A stretch of DNA of 64,000 bases from Octopus bimaculoides (lineage: Eukaryota): the NCBI RefSeq assembly GCF_001194135.2, contig NC_068986.1:85614670-85678669 (forward strand), read 5' to 3'. Positions 13,044-24,429 of the stretch are shown piece after piece (within the stretch, counting starts at the first letter, position 1; the number at the start of each line of letters is the position of its first letter). Both the position numbers and the translations under genes were made by a program. The notes beneath the pieces were generated by a model. That model was not told the DNA's origin and did no database searches. It saw only the letters and a list, made by a program, of their open reading frames with translations.

Positions 13044-13943
13044 GAAATATACGAATATGTATATATAACCATATATATGTATATTTATGTATACGTACAT
13101 ATACATACGTACATATACATAGTCATATATCTATTTCTCTCTTTCTTTCTTTATTTCTTTCTTTCTTTGTTTCTTTCTTTCTTTCTTCCTTTCTTTCTTT
13201 CTTTCCTTCTCTCTGTCTGTGTCTCGCTTTCTCTGTACATATATGTGTATGTATGTGTGTGTTTTGTGTGTGTTTGTGTTTGCATGTATAAGCATGTGTG
13301 TGTGCGAATGTTTTGTGTGCGTGTGTAAGGGCGGATGCATATGTGTATATGTATAAATAACCTCACATACGCGCATACAGGAACACACACAGAAGCATGC
13401 ATACACGCATATACATGCATTGTAATTCTGTTTATCTCTCTATCTTTCTCTATGTGTGAATATGTGTACAGATATTTACCTCTCACTATATCTCTACACT
13501 TCTCTATATACGCTTGAGTATACAGTCATATAGACACATACACACACACACATACACACGTACATGCATACATACATAAAAACAAACAAATCTCCCATGA
13601 TAGAGATTTTGTTTCTTTGTGGGAAACCACCCCCGTCTTAGTGTGATTACAAATGAATATAGATTACATACGTACATGTATACGAACGTGTATATCCATA
13701 TACGTACGTATGCATCCATGCATGAATAATACATACATACATACAAACGTTCGTATACTTATTTACGTGTGTACATGCATATATTTCGAAACGTGTAAAT
13801 ACACATGCTTACGCATATTTACCCGCATATAAGTGTGTATGTTTACGTACGAGGGTGTGAAATGATCTCAAAGGAACACTGGAGAGTACATCTGAACTCA
13901 TCAAAACGAAGAATTATTCATTGAATCTTCTCGACAAAAAAGT

Positions 13944-14127
13944 CTTTCTCATTTAGGCGCAAAGCCAACAGTTTTGAGGGGAATGGGTTAGTCGATACCA
14001 TCAACCCCACTACTTGACTTCTATCTTATTTTACCAATCTTGCTAAAGTGAATTGACCTCGGTGTGTTTTGAACTCAGAAGGTAAAAAACTGGATCAAAT
14101 CTCGCATATCTGCCATATCGCCGCTTC
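13944..14127 (-). mobile_element. Degenerate SINE family A
   Basis: gacctcggtgtgttttgaactcagaag...atctgccatatcgcc resembles other family A copies. Confidence 0.6.
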
Positions 14128-14139
14128 CGCTGCTCAAAC

Positions 14140-14423
14140 TGTAAAAAATTTATAATTTACCCAGAATAACGGCGTAGGTTTTTGTTGTGTCGACGCTCCC
14201 AAGCGAAGAAGTAGGTTCGACCAAGACATATAAATAGAGGTAGTCTGACCGTGGTAGCAGTCGACTAACTGTTAACTGACAGTTGAGTAGCTTTCGGGTA
14301 CTGGTTGAGCAGAGATCATCCGAAGGTGCTAGATAGCAGTAGCTTGAGACATAACAGTTGTAATGTGAAGAAATAAAGCAAAATTTAAAAATAAAAACGA
14401 ATCTTTGAGTGACCATATAAGCA
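14140..14423 (+). mobile_element. Possible solo LTR
   Basis: TG...CA ends, TATAAATA at 14229-14236, AATAAA at 14372-14377; no exact TSD (aaac vs aaat). Confidence 0.3.
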
Positions 14424-15161
14424 AAATGTTTAACCTTCAGCTACAATTGCATCAAGGAATGTAACCGAATAAATAGAGCACTTGGCTCAGCATTATAAGA
14501 CCGTAAGTTCGATTAGTGGATTAGGTAGCGTGCTGAACCTTATTTTACGTTGCTCCAATTTACACAGCTACAAATTTGTGCATACGTGGGATAGTATAGC
14601 TCTCTCGTTTTCTCGTCAGGTTCAAAAACCTGGAGAGCCAAAATTGCATATGGACTTCTCTTGACTACATAGTCAACTAAAACAATTTTTTAAAGCGTAG
14701 CACATCTTAACAGCTGATTGCAAGTGACGGCTGCTTGTTCATATACACATACATGTATATGTACGTATATAGAATATCTGTTGATGTTTTTCTCAAGCCT
14801 GTCTAATTCTCTATCTGATATACCACATTGCTCTAGGGGCATGTTTATGATTGATCACCCCTTAAAAGGTGTCATTAAAACAGTTGGCAATCGATCTTAA
14901 AATGTTGAGTTTAAAAATTTGTAGCAAAATTATTGCTTAAACGGCATGTGTGATAGGTAGACGTAATGGATCAATACGAAAATTTTCGAGAAAATAAAGT
15001 AACAAAAAAGAAAAATATGTCTATGAGTATGAGTGTATGTGTGTGCATGCGTATGTATGTGTGTGTGCGTGCGTCTGTATGCGTGTGTGTGTATGTGTGC
15101 GTGCGTGAATGCTTACAAATATACACAAAATATACATATACATTAATACATATAGATGTAC

Positions 15162-15197
<36 letters not shown>

Positions 15198-15756
15198 NNN
15201 NNNNNNNNNNNNNNNNNNNNNNNNNNNNNNNNNNNNNNNNNNNNNNNNNNNNNNNNNNNNNNNNNNNNNNNNNNNNNNNNNNNNNNNNNNNNNNNNNNNN
15301 NNNNNNNNNNNNNNNNNNNNNNNNNNNNNNNNNNNNNNNNNNNNNNNNNNNNNNNNNNNNNNNNNNNNNNNNNNNNNNNNNNNNNNNNNNNNNNNNNNNN
15401 NNNNNNNNNNNNNNNNNNNNNNNNNNNNNNNNNNNNNNNNNNNNNNNNNNNNNNNNNNNNNNNNNNNNNNNNNNNNNNNNNNNNNNNNNNNNNNNNNNNN
15501 NNNNNNNNNNNNNNNNNNNNNNNNNNNNNNNNNNNNNNNNNNNNNNNNNNNNNNNNNNNNNNNNNNNNNNNNNNNNNNNNNNNNNNNNNNNNNNNNNNNN
15601 NNNNNNNNNNNNNNNNNNNNNNNNNNNNNNNNNNNNNNNNNNNNNNNNNNNNNNNNNNNNNNNNNNNNNNNNNNNNNNNNNNNNNNNNNNNNNNNNNNNN
15701 NNNNNNNNNNNNNNNNNNNNNNNNNNNNNNNNNNNNNNNNNNNNNNNNNNNNNNNN

Positions 15757-15794
<38 letters not shown>

Positions 15795-15832
15795 TACACA
15801 CGCATACATTTATATACATATCTATGTCTGTA

Positions 15833-16627
15833 TCAGATATGATCAATAAGTATCCGGACTGTTGTCATAGTAACGAAGCTAAAGCATGAATTAGTGAAGC
15901 AACTTGGCACAGATTGACCATGGACTCTGCTGTGCATGCACACCATGTTTTAACGTTCTAACTCACTTCCGCTGTCTACAGCAGTGTTTAGAATTAACGC
16001 ATGTAACGTGTGGTCGTCGCATTGACCATGACAGAGAAAGTTGTCATGTCGATATATGCTCAGAGGCCTACGCAAAGTTGCAGAAAATGTATGGAGAGAA
16101 GTGTATGAGCCACACACAAGTGTACGAGGGGTTCAGAACTTTGCAAGGTAGCCGAAAAATGTCGATTTTGAATAGCGTTCTGGGAGACCCGCAACCAGAA
16201 CTGGGAAAGTATCGCAGACGTGCGTGCAGCTGTGATGGGAAATCGTTAAATCACCATCCATGAGTTATCAGAGGATGTGCAGATTAGTTACGGTTCACTT
16301 CAGTCCTTCATCTCTGAAGATTTGGATACGAGACGCATGTTTGCCAAGTTTGTGCCAAAATTTCTTTCAACTGACCAAAAAGACACTCGGGGTTCAGTTG
16401 CACAAGATCTTCTTGATTGTATCGAAAATGAGGTAGATTTTTGAAAACTTTCCTTAGGCCTCTGAGTAGCTACCGCCAATCTTTTGTCAAAAGTTGATAT
16501 AGATTCTCTGCTCAACATTCTCTGTCATGTTCAATGTGACGATAACACGCTACGCATCTTCCTTCCAAGCATTACTGTAACCAGCGGAAGTGAGTTAGAA
16601 TGTTAAGACAGTGCGCATGCACAGCAG
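15833..16627 (+). mobile_element. Deleted Tc1/mariner element with transposase N-terminal remnant
   Basis: EAYAKLQKMYGEKCMSHTQVYEGF and ISYGSLQSFISEDL..RRMFAKFVPKFLS; preceded by TA; subterminal inverted repeat 15927-15972 / 16584-16627; left end shared with 28300. Confidence 0.8.
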
Positions 16628-17139
16628 TGTTTAAGGTCAATATGTACACAGAGGCTTTATTCTACCTACTTTAGCTTCGTTAATATAACAACAGTCCAGA
16701 TAATTATTCATCAGACCACGTATAATTTATATATATTTTATATATATATATATATATAAGAGACAAGTTGTACGTACGCCGCTATATATATATATATATA
16801 TATATATAGGGGACAAGGACGCAAAACATTATCTGAAATTGCAAGGATAATCTGGATCTCGACTGAAGAGAGAAAACTCCGAATGACCTGTCCGAGTTTT
16901 CTTTGTATCGTTTATTTGTATGTACATATCAATGAAAATCAATTTAGGCAGATCAATTCACATATGATAATATATATATTCAACCATTGACCCAAAATGC
17001 ATGAATGTTTTAAAATATATTTTTAATACATGAAACATATTAAACATATATAGATATAGAAATATAATTAAAGTATATAAAATTTATCAGCATATTAGAA
17101 TATATATAAATACATTAAGAATACATTATTTACATTATA

Positions 17140-17278
17140 TACATTATTTGCATTTGACGGATATTTGTCCTCATATTGTTTGTTCCTAACACAACGTTTC
17201 GGCTGGTATACCCTCCAGTCTTCATCAGGTGTTGGGGAAATTTCGAACCTAGGTTCTCATTCCTAAAGTATTTTTCGA

Positions 17279-17353
<75 letters not shown>

Positions 17354-17407
17354 TATTATTATTCAGGTCACTGCCTGGAATCGAACTCAGAATCTTGGGG
17401 CTAGTAG
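17140..17407 (-). mobile_element. tRNA-derived SINE family D with internal (AAT)n and hammerhead-like 3' tail
   Basis: B-box GAGTTCGATTCC on minus at 17377-17388; (TTA)n 17281-17362; head cut at the Gypsy LTR-like start; aatgta-repeat tail near 17140-17150. Confidence 0.65.
17188..17233 (-). ncRNA. Minimal hammerhead-like motif (extra A after the core)
   Basis: Minus strand: AACAC-CTGATGA-A-GACTGG-agggtata-CCAGCC-GAAAC-GT-T-GTGTT. Stem I 5 bp, stem II 5/6, palindromic AACGTT, GUU site. Confidence 0.55.
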
Positions 17408-17944
17408 ATATGCAAATTGTGCTATGATTTCAGTGATTTCCCTAGACATAAAGTGTATGTGCATTTTGAATAACATGCGTTTAATCGAAAACTGTGACTT
17501 TGTTGCCGTGAGTACTGCGCTGTACCGGTCTGAAATAATTCGAGAGGCGTTTATAAATGGACTCATTTCAAACACTCTACTGTTTTGGAATATGACTGGA
17601 AATTAGTTTCTTTCGGCCAGGAATGACTGGTCATTCATAACAATCAAAGAAACTAATTTCCAAATTTGGAAGAAGTTGTTGAATAATTTATAGAGAACGA
17701 AATTAATGAAAAGACGAGTACGAATTGGGAAGGATACCTGATATGGAGAGATACTTGAAACTGGACAGATTGAATGCCGAGTCAAAATCTACAAATGCTG
17801 ACAAGAATTTTAATCATTGGTTTAGACTTTTCATCAGGACAGGAACGTAGTATTATCGATAAACTCAATCTTTTGATTAATTATGTGGAACCGAATGTAT
17901 ACGAATTCATCGGTGAAGTCAAGAACTATGAACAAATTCTTTTC

Positions 17945-18135
17945 TACACTAGGCACAAGGCTCGAAATTATTGAGGAGGTGGCCAGTCAATTAGATCAAC
18001 CCCAGTATGCAAATAGTACTTAATTTATCGACCTCGAAAGGATAAAAGGCAAATTCTGACATCAGTAGAGTTTGGACACAGAACATAAAGACAGACGAAA
18101 TACCGCTCAGCGAAACTTCGCCCGGCATGCTAACG
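17945..18135 (-). mobile_element. SINE family A inserted in gag (lacks 5' tip)
   Basis: aggcacaagg tail through gctaacgtttct. Confidence 0.8.
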
Positions 18136-18366
18136 TTTCTTATTTCTTTATTGCCCACAATGGACTAAACATAGAGGAGACAAACAAGGACAAAGGGATT
18201 AAGTTGATTACATCGACCCCAGTGCGTAACTGGTACTTAATGTATCGAACCCGAAAGGATGAAAGGCAAAGTCGACCTCGGTAGAATTTGAACTCAGAAG
18301 GTAAAGGCAGACGAAATATCGCTAAGCATTTCGCCCGGAGTGCTAACGTTTCTGCCAGCTCGCCGC
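18136..18366 (-). mobile_element. Full SINE family A (alternative 3' tail) adjacent to previous copy
   Basis: Closely matches 63033-63259, including the ggacaaagggattaag tail and the gccagctcgcc head. Confidence 0.9.
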
Positions 18367-18939
18367 TTTAAAAAGTGTGCATATTAAACTAAAGAACATC
18401 ATAATGGAACGCTATCTTTTGTCCACAAGAAGACAGAAACCGGGAGAATCTCTAGACTAGTTCTTAAACGAACTCAAAACACTAGTGAAACACTGTGACT
18501 TTGTTGCAGTGTGTACTGAGTAGCACTGGTCTGAAATGATTCGAGAGGCATTTATAAATAGACTCATTTCAAATTAGATAAGACAGGCTATTACAAAGCA
18601 AAGGTGTCCACCTCAGTACAGTTTATGCTCGAGCACGTTCACTAGATGTGGCGCAACAGCGTTCCAGTGTCTTTTCAAGATCTGAGTGAGCCAACTTCAG
18701 TTCCACGGCACCCATCGTAGGCAAGCCAATTGATTCCCCAAAGCCGGAGAACACTTTGCTGCGATCCAAAAAAGAAAAACGTCTCAATGTTGGTTTTGTG
18801 GTAATTTCAGAAAACCGCGGTGTGGCTCTGCGCAGGAAGCATTCTGTCACAAATGCAAAAAAATAGGACATTTTGGAAAGCCTTGTAAGAACAGCTCAGC
18901 AACCGTTTGGCAGTATCAGCATCAGCATTCCGTGTAGCC

Positions 18940-19200
18940 TCCATTGATATACTGAGCAATACTTACAAAGCCGAAGCATTAATTGATAGCGGTAGCACGG
19001 ACAACATTTTCATCAGTGAGAAGCTAGTGGACATATTCAACATCAAAACAGTCAAATGGAAGAACATCATCGGTATGGCTTCTACATCTCTTTCTGCGGA
19101 ATCAAAGGGAAACTGTATTATTTCACTAACCCTCGATAATCAGATGTACTATAATGTGAAATTGTACATTCTCATAAACTTGACTAATTCACTGACCTAA
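18940..19200 (+). pseudogene. Gypsy aspartic protease
   Basis: AEALIDSGSTDNIFIS contains the DSG catalytic motif. Confidence 0.85.
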
Positions 19201-19399
19201 TGCTGGGTACTGACCTCCAAGAACAGCACGAGAGTATTACTATGCAATACGGAGGACAGAAACCACCATTAACGCTTACTGCGCTAACAGCTATGAAATT
19301 TGATCCTCCAAATTATTCGCACATCTCAGGAAGGACTGTGAGCCTATTGCAGCGAAATGACGAAAATACTCGGAACGTGATCGAGAATTCATCGAGACA

Positions 19400-19890
19400 A
19401 AAATACGCCGCCTAGCAGATGCGAACATTATTGAAACCAGAAATTCCCTTTGGCGAAGTGCTAGTTGTTCAAGAAAAAACAAAGCGAAGAACGGCAATAG
19501 CCTATTCAGAAGCAACAAATATACACAGCCTGATGCTTTACCTCTTCTTAAAATCCATGAGTTAGTAAACACTATTGCCAAGTATAAGGTCTTCAGTACT
19601 ATAGAGTTACGTTCAGTATACCACCAAATTTCTCTATCAGACAAAGATGGTCAGTTCACTGCCCTTGAAGCTGACGGTAAATTATGGCAGTATGCTAGGA
19701 TGTCATTCGGAGTAACTCACGGCAGTTTTGAAATAGCAGCAAAAAGTGAGGGCCTCACTATGAGTGAAGTGAAATGCGTTTATTTAACAGCAATTCTAGA
19801 TTTTCTTGGATACCGTATCTCACACAATACCCTCAGCCCTGATCCAGAATCCTTAATCTTCCTATACCTACCGACTAGAAAGCATTAAAA
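19400..19890 (+). pseudogene. Gypsy reverse transcriptase remnant (YxDD segment deleted)
   Basis: AYPLLKIHELVNTIAKYKVFSTIELRSVYHQI...MSFGVTHG, then ...ILDFLGYRISHNTLSPDPE. Confidence 0.85.
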
Positions 19891-20039
19891 CCTACAGTCG
19901 GTATGCTTTCTTATTATGCTAAATGGATCTCCAAATTTTCTGACAAAATATATTCTCTCAATAACATATCGAAATTTCCTCTTAACAAACAACAAGTAAA
20001 AGCATTTGAGTCATTGAAGATAGAACTAGCTAATACTGC

Positions 20040-20345
20040 CAGCCAAATAGTAGACGAGAACATTCCATTTGCTGTTGAGACGGATGCTTCGGATTTTGCT
20101 ATATCTGCAATACTAAATCAAGATGGAAGACCAGTCGCATTCCATTCTCGCACGCTACGAGGTATCGAACAGCAGCACTCAGCTGTTTAAAATGAAGCCA
20201 AAGCAATTATCGAATCAATTCATCACTGGAGACACATTCTTCTCGGTAGACATTTGACATTAATTACTGATCAACGTTCTGTTGCATTCATGTATAATTA
20301 TAAAGTGACGAGCAAAATTAAAAATGATAAAATTATGAGATAGCA
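20040..20345 (+). pseudogene. Gypsy RNase H
   Basis: VETDASDFAISAILNQDGRPVAFHSRTL...EAKAIIESIHHWRH.LLGRH..LITDQRSV. Confidence 0.9.
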
Positions 20346-20444
20346 CATTGCGTTATCGCCATACTCATTTGATATTCACTACCGCCCATGATCCAGTAAC
20401 ACCGCACCAGATGCATTCACTAGGGTACGCTGTTCAGCAATTTG

Positions 20445-21200
20445 TTCACATTCACTATATGAGTTACATGCAGCACTGTGCCATCCTAATGTAATACGCC
20501 TTCATCATTTTATTCGCACTAGAAATCTTCCATGATCGTTGGAGAACGTGAAACAAACTGGTAACAATTCTTCTATATGCCAAGAAGTGAAGCCACAATA
20601 TTATAAACCAAACTTCAGTAACTAAGTGAAGGCCACGAAGCCGTTTGAGAGAATTTCAATCGATTTCAAGGGTCCGATTCCTTCCACAAAGCATTCTTAT
20701 CTTCTAACAAATACTCTCGGTTTCTGTTTGTTTATCCAGTATCTGCTCAGACTGTCATAAGATGTTTTACAGACTTGTTCTCAGTTTTCGGTATGCCCGG
20801 TTATGTACATTCCTATCGTGGAACTGCCTTTATATCTACAGCATTGAGAGAATGGGTCCTTAGTAAAGGCATTGCAAAAAGTGGAACAACACCGTACAAT
20901 TCCACCGGAAACAGTCAAGTAGAGAGATATAACGGTACTATTTGGAAATCAATACTACTCTCATTGAAAACTCGTGCCCTTTCAGTATCTTCATGGGAAA
21001 CAGTTCTTCCAGACGCGCTGCATTCAATCAGATCTCTACTTTGTACGCCCACGAACGCTACTCCTCATGAACGTCTCTTTAACTATTAACGACGTTCAGC
21101 TCCAAGAGCATCTATGCCATCATGGCTTCTCAACCCGAGACCTGTGCTTGTGCAAAGAAATAATCGCACTAGCAAGTATGATCATATGGTTGTCAAAGTT
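20445..21200 (+). pseudogene. Gypsy integrase
   Basis: HAALCHP zinc-finger start, PFERISIDFKGP, FSVFGMPGYVHSYRGTAF, PYNSTGNSQVERYNGTIWK. Confidence 0.9.
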
Positions 21201-21714
21201 AACCGAATTGAAGCCAAGCCCCAGTACGCTCCCGTTCGTTACCCAGATGGTCGTGAAACCACAGTATCCACGAAACTCTTGGCATCACCAGGGAAAGTGA
21301 ACCCTACTTTTGTGGTCTTTCAAGAGCCAGACAGAGATCTAACTGAAATGTCTTCACCTCATTCTAGATAACCATCTAAAACAAGAGGAATCGCTTCAAC
21401 TGCGTCGATCTCAAAGGATTCGCAAAGGTCTAATCTATAAAAAAAATTTTAAGTGAGGATGAATGTTTTGCAAATTGTGCAATGATTTCAGTGATATATA
21501 TATATATATATATATATATANNNNNNNNNNNNNNNNNNNNNNNNNNNNNNNNNNNNNNNNNNNNNNNNNNNNNNNNNNNNNNNNNNNNNNNNNNNNNNNN
21601 NNNNNNNNNNNNNNNNNNNNNNNNNNNNNNNNNNNNNNNNNNNNNNNNNNNNNNNNNNNNNNNNNNNNNNNNNNNNNNNNNNNNNNNNNNNNNNNNNNNN
21701 NNNNNNNNNNNNNN

Positions 21715-21759
<45 letters not shown>

Positions 21760-22130
21760 TAAGTATTAGAAGCAACTCCAGGTATAAAAACAAAATCAAA
21801 TCAAACACACACAACGTGTCTTTGTTTTTAGTTCGTGGGACGGCTGGGTTTTAGACGTAAATGAATACTTTCTCAATGCGCCTGGTGTTAAAAACACCAG
21901 AAAGTAAATCATAGGCAAGCGAGAAATCTCAAACGAGGTTTCGCCTCGGAGCGACAGACAGCGATATTCCGTTATTGTTGATATTTTTTAACACCACATA
22001 CTGAACAAGGCCCGCTGCAAGCTATGTCACCGACTATGACTATATACTAAATTGCTTAAGAACATTCTACTTGCATATACCGAAGTTTGATGCTACCGAA
22101 CAAATTCAAATATGAATTAGAAGTCGCTCG

Positions 22131-22820
22131 GGATCTAGTTCAAAACGGGGGCACCAGTATTTTCTTAACGAAACACTTTGAAACTTGGGACACTGGTAGA
22201 ATGTGTCATATAAAACATCTTTTTCTCTTAGTCTTCTTAAGAAAAATTATTATATTGCAATTTATTTCATGTTAAAGTTGTCGTATTTCTGTAATTTCAA
22301 CCAATGACTGACGTCCATTCAGCCGAATACATTAAGTGCTGACTACGTAAACAAACGATTCTCAAACGATTCTGGCGGTGATAAAATTATTATTTCCTTG
22401 TCAAAAAATGGCTGAAGCATATTGGCAGTAGCTAATAAACCTTTCTATTATAGGCACAAGGCCTGGTTTTTGAGGGAAGGAGCAAGTCAATTAGGGTTAG
22501 GGTTAGGGTTAGGGTTAGGGAAAACTAACACACGTGTGTTGCCTCTCTGCAAAATGTCAGAAGTAATGGAGATTAAATGCGCTTTACACCGCTTAAACTG
22601 CCAAAGGAGTAACTATAAACAACTGAATACTTGTCAGTGATTGGTTGAAATTATCGAAATAAGACAAACAATTTTTTACATGAAATTAATTCGAATACAA
22701 ATTTTTTTTCTGTTCTATAACACACAATAGATAAGTATACGAAGTTTGAAAGTCTTTCGGTATCAAAAACACTACATAAAACATAAATGAAAACTGGTGC
22801 CCCCGTTTTGAACTAGATCC
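22131..22820. mobile_element. 690-bp non-autonomous DNA transposon with 28-bp TIRs and 8-bp TSD (Merlin/MULE/hAT-type)
   Basis: TIR ggatctagttcaaaacgggggcaccagt is perfect at both ends; TSD gtcgctcg at 22123-22130 and 22821-22828; subterminal inverted repeat 22261-22322 / 22623-22689. Confidence 0.88.
22491..22520 (+). repeat. Interstitial telomeric repeat (TTAGGG)5
   Basis: Five perfect units, fused to a truncated SINE A tail. Confidence 0.9.
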
Positions 22821-23463
22821 GTCGCTCGTGGTATACACACAAAGTCGGACACACATACACAACGCATGTGTGTTGTTAGATTGTGACTCGGCTCCACTTT
22901 AGGAGAAAGAGAATATTTTCTCAATGCGCCTGGTGTTAAGAATACCAGAAATTAAGTCATAGGCAAGTGAGAAAACTCACGTCAGGTCCGTACTTGGAGC
23001 GACAGTCAACGACGAAATGTCACAACTATGACGTAACTGTGTGTATGTGTACACGGATAGAGAAAAAAATGCTGACATGATGTATATATGAGTAGTCAGA
23101 ATGTGGTTATATATATTATACATGCATACATACAAGCACACACATGTGCACGAGGGTATGTAGGGCACTTACCAGATGATCGAAACTCTTGGATACCGAG
23201 TAACTTTGTAAGCCATGCCAATTTCAAGAAAAACTAGCTATACTCATATTTTTAGCCCTAAATGTCTTGTTTGTTCAACGAAACACATATATATGTGCGC
23301 GTGTGTGTGCGCGTGTGTGTGTGCGCGCGCGTATATATGTGTGTGTATGTATGTATGTATGTAAATATATATATATATATGCATGCATGCATAGATATAG
23401 AGACACATATACGCACACACACACACACACACACATACGTGTACGCATACAAACACATGTATG

Positions 23464-23517
<54 letters not shown>

Positions 23518-23667
23518 CTCGAACTCGTGAACATATACATACAAACACACATATATATTAGGTGTATATTACACACGTATAAGTCACACAATTACAAACG
23601 GTGAAAAATAATATACAGAAAAAATATATAGGGTAATAATATATATATAAATGTATAAGAGATATTA

Positions 23668-23760
23668 AGATACATGAAAGGCTTGTACGTGGAATTCAGC
23701 CCCGGTATCCGAAACTCTGAGTTTTATTATGACAACCAACTAATTGTCACATATGATATA
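23668..23760 (+). mobile_element. Relic of the 33.2-33.75 kb foldback family (decayed hammerhead)
   Basis: ttcagccccggtatccgaaactctgagttttattatgacaac...ttgtcacatatgatata aligns with the arms of 33281-33754; abuts (TA)n. Confidence 0.6.
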
Positions 23761-24372
23761 TATATATATATATATANNNNNNNNNNNNNNNNNNNNNNNN
23801 NNNNNNNNNNNNNNNNNNNNNNNNNNNNNNNNNNNNNNNNNNNNNNNNNNNNNNNNNNNNNNNNNNNNNNNNNNNNNNNNNNNNNNNNNNNNNNNNNNNN
23901 NNNNNNNNNNNNNNNNNNNNNNNNNNNNNNNNNNNNNNNNNNNNNNNNNNNNNNNNNNNNNNNNNNNNNNNNNNNNNNNNNNNNNNNNNNNNNNNNNNNN
24001 NNNNNNNNNNNNNNNNNNNNNNNNNNNNNNNNNNNNNNNNNNNNNNNNNNNNNNNNNNNNNNNNNNNNNNNNNNNNNNNNNNNNNNNNNNNNNNNNNNNN
24101 NNNNNNNNNNNNNNNNNNNNNNNNNNNNNNNNNNNNNNNNNNNNNNNNNNNNNNNNNNNNNNNNNNNNNNNNNNNNNNNNNNNNNNNNNNNNNNNNNNNN
24201 NNNNNNNNNNNNNNNNNNNNNNNNNNNNNNNNNNNNNNNNNNNNNNNNNNNNNNNNNNNNNNNNNNNNNNNNNNNNNNNNNNNNNNNNNNNNNNNNNNNN
24301 NNNNNNNNNNNNNNNNNNNNNNNNNNNNNNNNNNNNNNNNNNNNNNNNNNNNNNNNNNNNNNNNNNNNNNNN

Positions 24373-24429
<57 letters not shown>

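Larger units (their letters stand above)
17743..18900 (+). pseudogene. gag: Gypsy gag (interrupted by two SINEs)
   Basis: MERYLKLDRLNAESKSTNADKNFNHWF...DKLNLLINYVEPNVYEFI...ERYLLSTRRQKPGESLD*FLNELK...CDFVAV...IREAFIN; Cys/His knuckle remnant near 18715-18860. Confidence 0.7.
17411..21495 (+). mobile_element. Degenerate Ty3/Gypsy LTR retrotransposon
   Basis: Domain order gag-PR-RT-RH-IN; PPT-like aagtgaggatgaa at 21451-21463 followed by TG at 21464; 21469-21495 matches 17411-17437 at 26/27 (LTR starts). Confidence 0.9.
21805..23040 (+). repeat. Tandem dimer of a roughly 350-bp repeat, interrupted by a TIR element
   Basis: Shared cores ttctcaatgcgcctggtgttaa...cataggcaag at 21863-21930 and 22911-22980, and tgtcac..actatgac near 22025-22050 and 23019-23031. 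Confidence 0.7.

Noticed and set aside
17597-17662. Possible type III hammerhead on minus within the Gypsy leader hairpin
   Set aside because: The core reads GUUAUGA and there is no room for stem I; kept only as an inverted repeat.
23170-23210. cagatga-tc-gaaac...gagta motif
   Set aside because: Wrong core nucleotide and no stem I or stem II.
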